DNA of 64,000 bases from Octopus vulgaris (Eukaryota): the NCBI GenBank assembly GCA_951406725.2, contig OX597818.1, positions 69,130,001 to 69,194,000 on the forward strand. The letters are read 5' to 3'. Each line of letters opens with the position of its first letter. The stretch's first letter is position 1. Positions 40,761 to 53,867 of the stretch are shown here, piece after piece. The position numbers and the translations under genes were made by a program. A model generated the notes under the pieces. That model was given only the letters and a program-made list of their open reading frames with translations, did no database searches and was not told where the DNA came from.

Positions 40761-41644
40761 TCTACTTTTATTTATAATTAGTGCATTCTATTAAAACAAG
40801 ATGACAAAAACACACAGACACTTACATGCACGCAGACACACACACATGCATGCACGCATGCAAACACATACACGCACACCCAACAGGTTTTTTATAGTTT
40901 CCTGCTGATTTTCTGTACTCACAATGCTTCGGTCTGCTTACAGCTATCATGGACTAAATCTGCACAATGTGCTGAAACTAAAGCCATCCGGTTGCAAAGT
41001 GAGCACTGTAACCCCGCAGCCGTTCTTGCGCCCTCCACATAAAAAAAATACGCCCTATGTTTTGTGATTACTTAAAAGATACAACAATGATTGCCAGACG
41101 AAGCAAGAACAATGGTCTTGTCCCAAAACTAAAACAAAAATTCACGGAGATTTCAAGTTCTCATTTGTAATATGAAATTAAATGCAGAGGAATTACATTA
41201 TCTGTGTAATATAGTAGGAGATCACGTTGCAGTAGATGGACAATTTATATTGGAGTTAGCTAGTTGACTGGAACATTTGGTAAACTAACCAAGATTATTC
41301 CAAGCAATCATTGATCTGTATGATAACACTAAATATCTCACGGAGATATCCATTACAATATATTAAATTTTTTCCTATGCAATGACACTGCGCAAAAGAA
41401 CATTATTCTTATCAGGAAATATTCTCATCTCTTCATTTAATATCATTTGTTCTCTAATGGCAAAAGTTGGATTAAGTTTATAAATTAACCTTTGTTTGCT
41501 TGTATTTTTTGTCTTTTTGTTTTGTTCTGTAGAGACTAGACTTGTACAACAACAACAACAACAAACAACAACGAACAATAAACAATAAAACAACACAGTA
41601 GCAGTAAAAAGATCTCAGGTTCAATCTGTAGACCAGTGCAGAAC

Positions 41645-41692
<48 letters not shown>

Positions 41693-41694
41693 AG

Positions 41695-41807
<113 letters not shown>

Positions 41808-41992
41808 GTATTGGTATCTAGAAGACCGAACGAGTGGCAGGTAATGCTAAGTAAGTGCTATGGACAGACCGGAGTTAAACACTTGGTTGGATAGTGATAT
41901 GAGTGAGGAGTTTAATGTGGGTCTTGTACTAGCATGCATATATATATATATATATTAGACAGAATGAGATAAGAAATCCAAGGCTGTGAGGA

Positions 41993-42211
41993 GTTTTCAG
42001 GACATTTATAATGAAACAGTCTTACAGCTGTTTTTTGGATATTATGGATATCCCTTCATCAGAGACGGTGAGAAAAAATATTTGAGTTTGAATTATTATT
42101 CTCTGTAATAATTCCAAATCAATTATTTTTTCACACCATCTCTGGTGAAGGGATATTCATAATATCCCAGAAAAAGCTGTAAGGCTATTTCATTATAAAT
42201 GTCCTGAAAAC
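41993..42211. repeat. Inverted repeat (arms about 105 bp, spacer about 6 bp), each arm with a degenerate hammerhead (family 6: 42019-42066 minus, 42138-42185 plus)
   Basis: Two-arm consensus gtct CTGATGA agggatat..atatcc GAAAC AGCT GTA agac. Each arm has its own core mutation. Confidence 0.8.
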
Positions 42212-43248
42212 CAGTCAAGGCGGCACTGGCATCAACCACATTTGGATGGGGCATTTTACGTGCCACCGGCACAGGTATCACAACTACAATTTCCATTTGA
42301 TTTTTTGATGCTGATGTACTTGTCTCAATAGGTCTACTCAAGCACAGCAGGTCGCCCTACGATCCAAGGTAAGCACAGTAGGCCGTCCTGTGATCCAAGG
42401 TACTTTGGATGGGCTGAGGCTTCTATGTGAAGCTGGTGCAGGAAGCAGCCATGAACTCACGTTATTTGTCAGGTCTTCGCAGTCGCAGCATATCTCCAGA
42501 GGTCTCGGTCTTTCGTCATTGCCTCTGTGAGGCCCAACGTTCGAAGGTCATACTTGACCACCTCATCCCATGTCTTCCTGGCTCTACCTCTACCCCGGAT
42601 TCCTTCAACTGTTTGGGAGTGGCACTTCTTCACACATCTCTCCTCATCCATCTGTAGTACATGACCATACCAGCGCAGACGTCTCTCTTGCACGCCACAT
42701 CCAGTGCTTCTTATGTCCAACATTTCTCTCAGGGCACCTACACTCTGTCGTGTGTGCACACTGACATTACACATCCAGCGGATCATGCTAGCTTCATTTT
42801 TTTCAAGCCTACGCATGTCCTCTGCACTCACGGCCCATATTTCACTACCGTGAAGCATGGCAGTACACACACATGTGTCGTACAATCTACCTTTCACTCT
42901 GAGTGAGATACCCTTTGTCACTAGTAGGGATAGAAGCTTTCTAAACTTTGCCCAGGCTATACGTATTCTAGTGGTAACTCTCTCTGAGCATCCACCTCCA
43001 CTACTAACTTGGTCACCCAGGTAGCGGAAACTATCAACTACTTCTAGTTTCTCCCCCTGGAGTGTGATGGAATCTGTTTTCTGAGTATCTGTGGTATCTA
43101 TTGCCCCTGGGCATCTGCCGTACAGGAAATCTATCTTCTCAGTTAATTTTCCTTTGATATTGCTGCACCTCTTATGCATCCATAGCTTACACTAGGTACA
43201 TCCTATGGAGTTTCTAGCGACATCTTTTCTACAGATTGAGCAGGGCCA
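42212..43248 (-). mobile_element. RTE-clade LINE fragment (ORF 42469-43179 and partial UTR)
   Basis: EVVDSFRYLGD, RIRIAWAKFR, VKGRLY, LHGSEIW, RRLRWYGHV, RGRGRARKTWDEVV. Confidence 0.92.
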
Positions 43249-43414
43249 ATATAAATATATATACATGTGAGTATATATCTATATCTATCAATATATATAT
43301 ATATATATACTCACATACATTTATCATCATCATCATCATCATCATTAATTAATGTCCATTTTCCATGCTGGCATGGGTTGGATGTGTTTTAGAACATTGT
43401 AATGTATTAGAAAA

Positions 43415-43580
43415 TAATGATTTCAAACTTTGGCTGATGGTTCCGTGGGATGGGGTAAGTTGATTACATCGACCCCAGTACTCCACTGGTACTTATTCTA
43501 TTGATCCCAATAGAATGAAAGGCAAAGTCTACCTCGGCAGCATTTGAACTCTGAATGTACAGACAGACGAAATGCTGCGA
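43415..43580 (-). mobile_element. SINE family A
   Basis: ATCGACCCCAGT...GAAAGGCAAAGTC.ACCTCGGC...TTTGAACTC. Confidence 0.75.
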
Positions 43581-43779
43581 CTCTTTGAGCTCGCAAATGT
43601 ATTACTTAGAGAGGATTGGAAGCCATCACTCTCTCTCTAAACACGATGACAAACATGCAACCGAGGAGGTGGGGTGCAAACAATCCCCAAACTAACAGAT
43701 TCAGCTTTCTGTTCTGCTCGTGATTAATCTTTGTGAATCTCATTTAAATATTATATAACTCACATCTCATGTTTATGCC

Positions 43780-44052
43780 TGTTTCCTTCTCTCTCTCTCT
43801 CTCTCTCTGTTTCTCTCTCTGCCTTCTCTCTGCTTTCTCTCTCTTTCTCCTCCTCCCACTCTCCCCTCTCTCTCCCCTCTTTCCCTCTCTCTCTCTTCTC
43901 CTCTCTCCCTCTCCCCTCCTTCTCTCCCCATCTCACTCTCCCTCACTCATCTCTCTCCCTCTCCACTCTCCCTCTCTCCCTTTCCCCTCTCTCCCTCTCT
44001 CCCCCTATCCTTCCCCCCTTCCCACCCACCTCTCATCCTCCTCCTCCTCCCA
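43780..44052. repeat. Polypyrimidine (CT-rich) low-complexity tract
   Basis: About 270 bp that is almost entirely C/T. Confidence 0.9.
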
Positions 44053-44914
44053 TTATCCCAAACACAATGATTTAAACGATTATAGAATTTAACAATCTTC
44101 TTTCCAGATTTCGGCTGAAATTATTCAGATTTCACAAACATTTAAGGGAAATTCCATCCCTTCCATTGGCAGCTAATACTTTTAGAAAAGGTATTAATTT
44201 AGATCTGATTATTAATTTCGTCATGAAATATCTATTGACTGACTTTCTGTTAAAGTGTCATCATTTAACAGTTTATAGCATTAACCTATGTCTTTGAGGT
44301 TTTACCATTCCTATATAGAAAATCTTTCATGAAACTGATTAATTGAATTCATTATTTCTGAATGGAACCGATGAAAGTATTTGATTCAATATTTCTACAA
44401 ATTATTTTGGCTAATTCCAAAGAAATATAAGTTATCATTTTTGTTTATATGGAATAAATCTTGTAATTTATTTAGCTTGATGATTTTAGATTCCTGCCAA
44501 ACCTAATCATTTAGGAAGCAATAATTAGCTCCTTAAGGGGGTGAAACATATAAAATGGGATTGATTTATACGGTGGGTGATTACCTCGATTCTTCTGATA
44601 ATCTATTGGAAGTTATAAACACTGAAACTTTGTGAGATAATTGTGGAGAAAAAGTAATTTGTTAATTAGGCATGAAGTCTTTGACCAGAGAACTATAACT
44701 CAATAAAAAGAATATTTGTGGTATTAGTGATTCAAATATTGCATTATATATATTCTTGGGTAAAGATTTCATGCTTCGTTGCAAAATTCCTTCCCTCACA
44801 ATCCAATTTCAAACTATATTACCTTTACAACACAAGAGAAAACCTATTAACCATAAATCAGTCAGCTGAAGTGTTTGACGACTTTCATTTGAAGCATTAG
44901 CTTTCTTAGGTAGG

Positions 44915-45215
44915 CATCATCATCATCATCGTCATCATCATCATCGTCATCCTCATCGTCATCATCGTCATCATCATCATTATCATTATAATTTAACGTC
45001 CGTTTGCCATGCTGGCACAGGTCGGACGGTTTGACAAGAACTGGCAAGGCCAAGAACCGCTCAAGGTTCCGTTGTTGGTTTTGGCAAGGTTTCTGCCGCT
45101 GGATTACCTTCTTAATGCCAACCACTTTACTGAGTGTCTGCTGAGTACCTTTTACGTGGCACCAGCACCAGTGCTTTTCTGCATGGCACCACCACTGGTG
45201 CTTTTTACATGGCTC
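44915..45215 (-). mobile_element. RTE-type 3' end copy with expanded (CAT)n tail
   Basis: TTTAACGTCCGTTTGCCATGCTGGC...AATGCCAACCACTTTAC. Confidence 0.75.
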
Positions 45216-46098
45216 CAATAAATGGTTGTTGTAGATGTGGGCAGTATTGTACCTGTTATTGCTGATAGTGTAGTTGTTGTTGAAATTTATTGCCAGAACT
45301 TCCCTGACTGAGCTCATCCCTGACCATTCGTGGTTGTGTATATCAGACGATACATTGTTCAACGTGTACTTCACCTCTTTTAGAAGGACAAGGACAGAAT
45401 GAAAGAAGAACGATTCCCTCACCAAACCATTACAAAGAGGAGCTGATGTCAATCGTCAGAATGACGAGAATTGTGAGGAAAATGTGAGGAATTGAGGCCA
45501 ACGACTGTTCTAGATGATGTTGTTTTATCAGCGTTGGAACTGCATTTTCTTGAAGTCAAAAGAAAAACGAGAGGTTGAAGAAAAATGCAAAGAGAGCTGA
45601 CGGCAGCAACAACAAAACAACCTCTTCCTTGCCATCTTTATTTCTATCTTTTTTTTTTTTTTTTGTAGAGATATGACTTTCTCAGTCATCGATGCCACCA
45701 GCAATGGGGAAGCACTCAATCCAGAGGAAATTGAATTTCTCAGACAAGAAAAACATCCCATGCCATCACTGATGCCTCCACCCCTGCCACTGGGTGTATC
45801 CAAAGAAATTTCGCTGCTATTTCTAGTAGACCAATCAGCCACAAAAATGCTCCTTCATCGAAACAGTTCTGTTTTACTCTTGTGTCTCCAGCCATGGTTA
45901 AAGTTCTTCAAATGAAACGACAAAGAGTCTGATGTAAATAAACCAAAAGACCCAGTCTTCACTAAGATCACAGTGTTCTTACTACTACTACAACTACAAC
46001 TAATAATGATGATGATGATGGTAATGATGATGATGATGATGATAACAACAATAACAATAATAATAATAATGATGATAACAATAATAATAATAATGATG

Positions 46099-46138
<40 letters not shown>

Positions 46139-46190
46139 TAATAATAATAATAATAACAGTATAATAATAATAATAATAACAGTAATAATA

Positions 46191-46748
46191 AATGCCCTGA
46201 TGCAGTACCAGGCAGTGGCTCTCATGGCTTCTGATCTTAACTGATTGGAAGTGTTATCATGTACATTGTTTTGTCTTGGTATAAAAGATGGGCTACAGCA
46301 AATATTCTGCTCAATACCACAGATTTGCTTGTCAGTTGTTTGACCTTAACCAGTTGAGCATGTCCCTTAGTGGCTGACGATATGTGCATCTCTGATCACG
46401 AGCAGAAGTAGTGGGGGAGCATCATGGCCATGTGTTGAGAGGGATTCTTTGGAGTTTGAATGGTTCACCTCTGGAAACATAGGTGTTTCGTTCAACATCC
46501 TAAAGCAACCCTTATTCAGGGACCGTTTGAGCAGGATGGGCTACTCAACCTGAAGAAAATTCTAACTGGGCACCACCTGCAAGGTCATGTGCTGTTTATC
46601 TTGATATGAGATCACCATGTCGCGCACATATGGTTGTGATGCATGTGCCTGGTGTACCTTTATCAGACGGGTAGTCATGATGGGTATATTGGGCTTTGTA
46701 TATTTTACCCCAGTGTCACTTTGATGGCATGAACTGCTCTCTCACTCA
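46191..46748. mobile_element. Non-coding dispersed element of about 560 bp, set in a long (TAA)n array
   Basis: Colinear with 17255-17828. TAA arrays at 46003-46190 and 46749-46762. Confidence 0.85.
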
Positions 46749-46761
46749 ATAATAATAATAA

Positions 46762-46792
<31 letters not shown>

Positions 46793-47127
46793 AAGAAGAA
46801 CAACAACAACAACATCCTAAGACTGAATGTTATATGAAAACAATGTCGGATCATTTGCTAAAGATTTCGTTATTTGTAATGTTTCTCTGATGTTTGTCTC
46901 TGATCTGGCAAAAAACAAAAATGTATAAAGAACGATTCTTTGTGTTTGTCTTTCTTTGTGCCACAAAATATTGTTTCTTTATCGGCTGCACTTGTGAGGG
47001 ACATCAGGATATTAAACACATAAATTATTAAATCCCTGAGGCTTTACATAGGAACTAACTATGGAAAAAATAAGAAGTAAATTCTAAAATACAAAATACA
47101 AAATGCATGAGGAAGAACAACAGCAAC

Positions 47128-47137
47128 AATCATCATT

Positions 47138-47176
<39 letters not shown>

Positions 47177-47720
47177 GTCATCATCACCATCATCCGCCTC
47201 CTCATCATCATCGTCATCATCATCATCATCACCATCATCATTATCATCGTCATCATCAACATCATCATCGTCATCATCATCAACATCATCATCATCATCG
47301 TCATCATCGTCATCATCATCGTCATCATCGTCATCAACATCATCATCATCATCACCATCATCCTCCTCATCATCATCATCGTCATCATCAACATCATCAA
47401 CATCATCATCATCATCATCATCATCACCATCATCCTCCACCTCATCATCATCATCACCATCATCTCCTCCTCCTCCTCCTCATCATCATCATCATCGTCA
47501 TCATCGTCGTCGTCGTCGTCATCATCATCATCATCATCATTTATTGTCCGTTTTCCATGCTGGCAAGGGCAGGACAGCTTGACAGGAACTGGCATGGCTG
47601 GAGAGCTGCACCATGGTCCATTTGTTTGTTTGTTTCGTCATGGTTTCTACAGCTGGTTGCCCTTCCCAATGCCAACCACTTCACAGGGTTTACTGGGTGC
47701 TTTTTATGTGGCACCAGCAC
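47128..47720 (-). mobile_element. (CAT)n array of about 410 bp plus an RTE-type 3' end (47540-47720)
   Basis: The array abuts TTTATTGTCCGTTTTCCATGCTGGC, the same position as the (CAT)n tail in other copies. Confidence 0.8.
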
Positions 47721-50090
47721 AAAATTAATAACAATGTCATTACTTAAGTCGGGGCCAGAGATTTTAAGGGAAGGGTCTGTTTGTTGATAACTTTGGCCCC
47801 AGTTGACTTGACTTGATGAAAGACAAGATTGGTACCAGCAAGGATTGAACTCAGGGTGTATAGAACTGAAACAAATTCAAAAGAATTTCTTCCAGTGCCC
47901 TTAAGATTCCAGGGCCCTTACTGCTGCTCACATTGAATGAAATATTAAACTCTTTGAATATGCTAATTACTCCAATTCTCTAAATCTACTGGATTTGTTG
48001 CTTATAAGAAACCCTCAACCATTGTGGGTAAAACATTCCAAACCCCAGCACCGTGATAGGTGAAAGCTGCAAAGTAGAAACAGTACTGTATATTTATTTT
48101 ATTATTATTTTTATAACTTGTATATATTTTTTTAATTATAAATGCAAAACAACACCATGGAGGAATCGATGCAAGATTAAATAATGCAATACGTCCAGCT
48201 GTTACAGGCTCACTGTGTGGAGAGATGCTGAGCATAATGGGCCGAAATCTCAGTGAAGCACGGCGCTCAGCTGATGATTGTAGCCAGATGAGAAATGGAG
48301 CATTTGGTGTTTATAGACAGTGCATCTGTTTTTATATTAGACATAGCTAACACATCCCGCCCCTTCAAAAAAATGTCCTGATAAATATGTTTAGTCCATG
48401 AGTTTTGGGTCTCAAGTAAAAGGAACTAAAACCCCTATTTTAGTCACTCAATACATTGTCTCTCTTCTATCAACATTTGATAAATGATGTGTAAAAAGCC
48501 TAAAACTGGTGACATTTTGTTCTTTTGCTTTATTATTACTTTTTGTTTTTGTTCTTTTTTCTTCTGCAGCACCATATATTTTCACAATTATGATCCATCA
48601 GGCTGTCTCTTATATTTTAGTTTAGCAGATTTTCATTAAAATTTGAAAATGGAATATTTGGCAGCTCAAACAAAATTAAAAAGAAAATTTTTTGCAAGAC
48701 AAAAAGAACAAAAAAAAAAACCCAGAAAAAACACAGAGAAAGAAGAAGCTAAAAAAGAAGTAAATAAATATCTAAAACCAGTCAAAAACTAAATAAATAA
48801 GAAGGAGGGTGTTAAGCCCTGTCAAAACTGCAATCAGAAAAATACTGTTAAAAATTCAATTTTACAATTGAGGTAATTGATTGTTTGAATATTTTAAGTG
48901 CTTAAAATTTTATTGAAGAACTGATCGTGGGATTGATTTTTGTTTTAAAGTTTATTTTTAACCATGGTTCATGTTTTTTAGCTTTTGTTTTCCTGGTCCT
49001 TTTTTTTAATTTATTTCGTTTTATTTTAGTAAAATGATGAAACAAGATCGAAAATGAAGTAACATGAAACGAAGATCAAGAATGGCCGAACAATAATGAA
49101 GAGAGGTGGGCGAGAGAGAGAGAAAGAAAAAAAAAGGTGGGGGAATGAGTGTGAAGGAAAGGAAAGAGAAGAAATAAAAGAGGATGAGAAGAGATATAAT
49201 TATCAATTGACAAATTTGGATGATGTTGGCATGTTGTTATGTTGTTATTGTGTGATAAATTGGATTTGAAAAGAGAGCAAATATTGGTTAGACGAAGTCT
49301 GTCGTGTGAGCCAAGAGCTAACATGAAATAAAATGATTACAAAAAGGCTAACTTAGGAGACAACAAAGGAACCTCTTTAGGGGTCATTCAGATTGCTAGA
49401 AATAGCAGTTTTGTTCCTCTCAAAAAAACACTCTACTGTTTTAAAAGCAAAAGACACACCAGTCTGGGACAGGGACTCAAATAGCAAGGGGACAGTTCCT
49501 TGCTCCAGATTAAACCAGTGAAATTTAATATAAGATGGCTTTTGAAATACTTTTGGATATTTTCATGTATCAAAAAACAGACAAGATGGTCACAGTTGGA
49601 ATGGTTTTCACATCAGACCTACTTGTGCAGGGCTGACCTGGGACTAAACAAGATGATCAGATATGTAGCATAATGTAGTTTTAATCCCGCTGAAGCAGAA
49701 ATAAGTATGGTTAAAGCAAATCTGGCTTGGGGTTGACCTGAGGCTAAATAACAATTAGGTACCCTAAGTGAGATGCAATTATGTTGCTGAAGACTGTGTT
49801 TTGGTGATTTACTCGTGTCACATTTCAAAGCTGTGCAGAAAAGTTTCCAGTGAAATACATCAAATGATTCAAATGAAAGGCAATCATAACGAATGGAAAA
49901 CACGTCATCAAAGAAAAAGAAGAGTTGAGGATGTGAAAGAAAGACTCCACCGTCACCAACACCTCCAGCACCTTCAGTAAAGAGGATTTCAGGATACAAA
50001 AAAGTGAGTTCAACAGAGGAAGAGATGAGCTCAGAAAAGAAAAAGGAGATCACAGTAGAGAGGGAAATAAGAGATGAGAACAAAAAAAGG

Positions 50091-50310
50091 AGGTACAGTT
50101 CTATATTTAAGAGATGAGGAATTATGTACATTATTTACATTATTTACAATTGACAGATATTTGTCCTCATCTTGTTTGTTGTTAACACAACATTTCGGCT
50201 GATATACCTTCCAGCATTCATCAGGTGTCTTGGGGAAATTTCAAACCCTGGGTTCTCGTACCTAAGGTATTTTTCGATGTTATTATTATTATTATCATTA
50301 TTATTATTAA
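50091..50310 (-). mobile_element. Family-1 hammerhead body, second locus (motif 50184-50229)
   Basis: Colinear with 16643-16880, including the (TTA)n linker. Minus strand: gacac CTGATGA...cagcc GAAAT GTT gtgtt. Confidence 0.8.
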
Positions 50311-50470
50311 ATATACAGAGCGTAATATAACCACCATGACCACCTGTCTGATAACGGTACACAAGACATGCATCTCAACCATATGTATGTAACACAGTGA
50401 CCCATATCAAAATAAACAACACATGACCTTCAGGTTGAGTAGCCTATCCCACTCAAATGGTCCCTGAATA
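50310..50470. mobile_element. Inverted fragment of the TAA-associated 570-bp element
   Basis: CTGATAACGGTACAC...CAGGTTGAGTAGCC...GGTCCCTGAATA is the reverse complement of part of 46510-46700. Confidence 0.7.
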
Positions 50471-50479
50471 TTATTATTA

Positions 50480-51738
50480 TTATCATTATCATCATCATCA
50501 TCATTGTTATTATTATAGACATCGCTCAGTATATCATATCATGAGGTTGTTGATTGAAGATATCATGTCTACTGTGGGTTTGTACTCTCTGTCAAGTCAC
50601 AACAAGGACCTCAGACATAAAGTACTTTACACAATATATGCACAGTTCCAAGTAATACTGACTTTTGCAATACATCTAGATTGTAAGGTATTTCTAAAGT
50701 TTCCAGATGTTTCTTCAGACTGTGTGGTATTGAACCCAATTCTCCAATGACAATAGGGACAACCTTTATGTTTGACTCTCGTAGCTGCCAGGTTTTGGCG
50801 ATCTCAATTCTCAGGTCTCCATATTTATCAACCTTTTCTCTTTCTTTCATGACGATATGTCAAGCTCCTGGCACTACTACATCGATTATTAGGCACTCTT
50901 GTTTGTCCCTCCTAAAGGTTACTATATCTGGCTTTCAGTGCTCTAACACTTTATCTCTCTGGAACTCAAAGTTCCAGAGGATTTTTGCCTTCCCCTTTTC
51001 GTCCATTACATTTTCTGGTGAATATTCATACCAAGCACCTGTAACTTCATATCCATACTTACAGCATAGTAGTCAGTGGAGGTTTTGGGTTACCTTGTCA
51101 TGTCTATGTTTGTACTCTTTCTGCACAAGACTTTCACAAGCACTAACAATGCGAGTCACACATTCGTCCATCTTCCCACACCTTCTGCAGAGGTCCATGG
51201 CTCTTGTGTGGTATATATTCTTTTACACTGAGTTAGTATTCAAAGCCTGGTCCTAGGCAGCGATGATTAAGCTTTCAGTATTCTCTTTTAGGCCACCCTT
51301 GTTAAGCCACCTCCATGATGCCTCCTGGTCTTTAAATTTGTTGGTTTCCCGGTGGAATTGACCTTGTTATTCCCTGCAGAGTAGGGCTTCTTCTCTCTCA
51401 TTGGCTGTTCTTCATCGGAATTCATGAGCACACTTCTCAAGTCCATTTTTGTTAAATCCTTCTGCATTAGCAGCATACTGTAACATGTCTTCTTTGCTGT
51501 TTACCAAATATTCTGCCATGTTTATTTTTCACTGTTGATGCACTCCTGTACACTAATCAACCCATGTGCACCTTTGCCCATCTTCATATAGAACCTGTGT
51601 ACATTCACCTTAGAGTAGAGGGCATCATACATTGTCATTGTCTTTTGGGTAGTTCGATTGAGTTGGTTAATCTCCACTCATGTCTATTTATGGATAGGTG
51701 CACTATAGCGGACTACGGCAACCATCCATATGTTGACG
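50480..51738 (-). mobile_element. R4/Dong-clade LINE 3' fragment
   Basis: KEREKVDKYGDLRIEI, VVPIVIGELG, LQKSVLLGTVHIL; upstream ESLIIAA.DQALNT and CRRC motifs. 3' end runs into TAA/TGA repeats. Confidence 0.88.
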
Positions 51739-51739
51739 T

Positions 51740-52032
51740 TCAAGCATGGTCGTTGCCAGTGCTGCTGGACCGGCTCCCGTGTAGGTAGCACGTAAAAAAC
51801 ACCTTTTGAGCATGGTTGTTGCCAGAACTGCCTGACTGGTCCTCATGCCGGTGACAAGTAAAATCACCCACTACACTCTCAGAGTGGCTGGGGTTAGGAA
51901 GGGCATCCAGCCGTAGAAACTCTGCCAGATCAAGATTGGAGCCTGGTGCAGCCTTCTGGCTCACCAGTCCTCAGGCAAACCGTCCAACCTATGCCAGCAT
52001 GGAAAGCAGATGTTAAATGACGATGATGATGA
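51740..52032 (+). mobile_element. RTE-type 3' UTR/tail copy
   Basis: Subrepeats, GTTAGGAAGGGCATCCAGCCGTAGAAAC and (GAT)n. Confidence 0.85.
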
Positions 52033-52673
52033 CTATTATATATTTATTTAGCAAGACACTTTACCAAAGTGCTGTACAATGGAATCGAACCAGGAATTAC
52101 ATGACTCCAGGAGCATCCTTGTTAACCACACAGCCATTCCTGTTGATGATGGTCATTGGGAATCTTGAGAGTGCCATTCCAAAATATTCCAATCTCTTCA
52201 GAGATGAAATTGGAGAAATAAAAAGACATTAACTTTTGAACAGATTAGTTAATTTATTGATAGAGAAATTTATTTGATCCATTATAGAAAAAAAAAGGGC
52301 AATTAATAATGAAATTATTTATAAATTAATTTTTCACTAACTCAAATAATTGTGTATTTACAATTCTCTAAGTAAACAAACAAAACTAAATGAAAATTTA
52401 GATTTGAGCAAAATGAGATTTGGCTTTTTTTTTGTTTTTTGTTTCTAATGATTCTTTTTTTGCTTGTTCTTGTTGTTTTTGTTGTTTATGTTCTTATTCT
52501 TATTCTTATTCTTCCCCCATCTCCTCCTCCTCCTCCTCCTCCTCCTCTTTCTCCTTTTCCTTCTTCTTCCTTTTCTCATCCTCATCCTCATCGTTATAGT
52601 AGTCATCATCATCATCATTGTCAGCACCACCACCACCACCACCACCACCACCACCACCACCACCACCACCACC

Positions 52674-52704
<31 letters not shown>

Positions 52705-53420
52705 ATACAGCTTTACTTACTTTTTACTGGTTATTACATTTTCCTCTCGAGCTTGAGCTAGTTTCAGTAAATAAATTAAATATATATATCTATGTGTGTA
52801 TGTATGTATATACGTACATCTATATGTAAGCATTTGTGTGTCAGTGTGTGCACAAGTGTGTACATATTTATGAGTGTATAGATATGTTTGTGTGTTTGCA
52901 TGCATACATAATGTCTGTGTCTGCACACACATATACAGACATACACACATATACAGACATACGCACATATACACAGACACACCTAACTGAGAGTGTATAA
53001 TGTGAATATTAAATTGATAAATACTATAAATTAAGTGTGTTGATCTTTGTTATTGGAAATTCTATTCTCCCGCGAGACTTTCATTAGAAGAAGTGAAGTG
53101 TGTTGTTTGATTCTGAGAAACTTAATGGACCAGTCACTGCTGGTGGGTTAAGACCCAACATTATGATATCACCGAGAAAGTGGAACTGTAGTTTTAAAGT
53201 TGAAAGGTGGCAATAATGAAATCATTGATATTGTCTGGGACCAATTCCTACAAACACAGAAAGCCCACTCATACACATATATATCTTGGATGGTAGAGTG
53301 TTTATATAGATTTGTAGCAAGATATATCCATAGGTACATATATATATATATATATGTGTGTATATATATATGTATGTATGTATGCATGTATGTATGTATG
53401 AATGTATGTATGTATGTATA

Positions 53421-53461
<41 letters not shown>

Positions 53462-53467
53462 GTATCG

Positions 53468-53845
53468 GGTGGAGGCCCAGTGGTTAGGGCAGCAAACTCA
53501 CAGTCATAGGATTGCGGTTTCGATTCCCAGACTGGGCATTGTGAGTGTTTGTTGAGCAAAAACACCTAAACCTCCACGAGGCTCCAGCAGGTGGGTGGGT
53601 GGTGAACCCTGCTGTACTCTTTCACTGCAACTTCCTCTCACTCTTTCTTTCTGTTCCTGTTGTACCTGTATTTCAAAGGGGCCAGCCTTGTCACACTCTG
53701 TGTCATGCTGACTCTCCCCGAGAACTATGTTAAGGGTACACTTATCTGTGGAATTCTCAGCCACTTGCACGTTAATTTCACAACCAGGCTGTTCTGTTGA
53801 TCTGACCAACTGGAACCCTTGTCATCATAACTGATGGAGTGCCAT
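53468..53845 (+). mobile_element. SINE family C
   Basis: GGCCCAGTGGTTAGGGCAGC...GGTTTCGATTCCCAGAC head. Its tail also occurs at about 6590-6680. Confidence 0.8.
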
Positions 53846-53867
53846 AGTATATATAGGCTGTGTGAGT

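Noticed and set aside
48276-48320. CTGATGA...GAAATGGAGCATT as a hammerhead
   Set aside because: Stem III can form, but stems I and II cannot pair.
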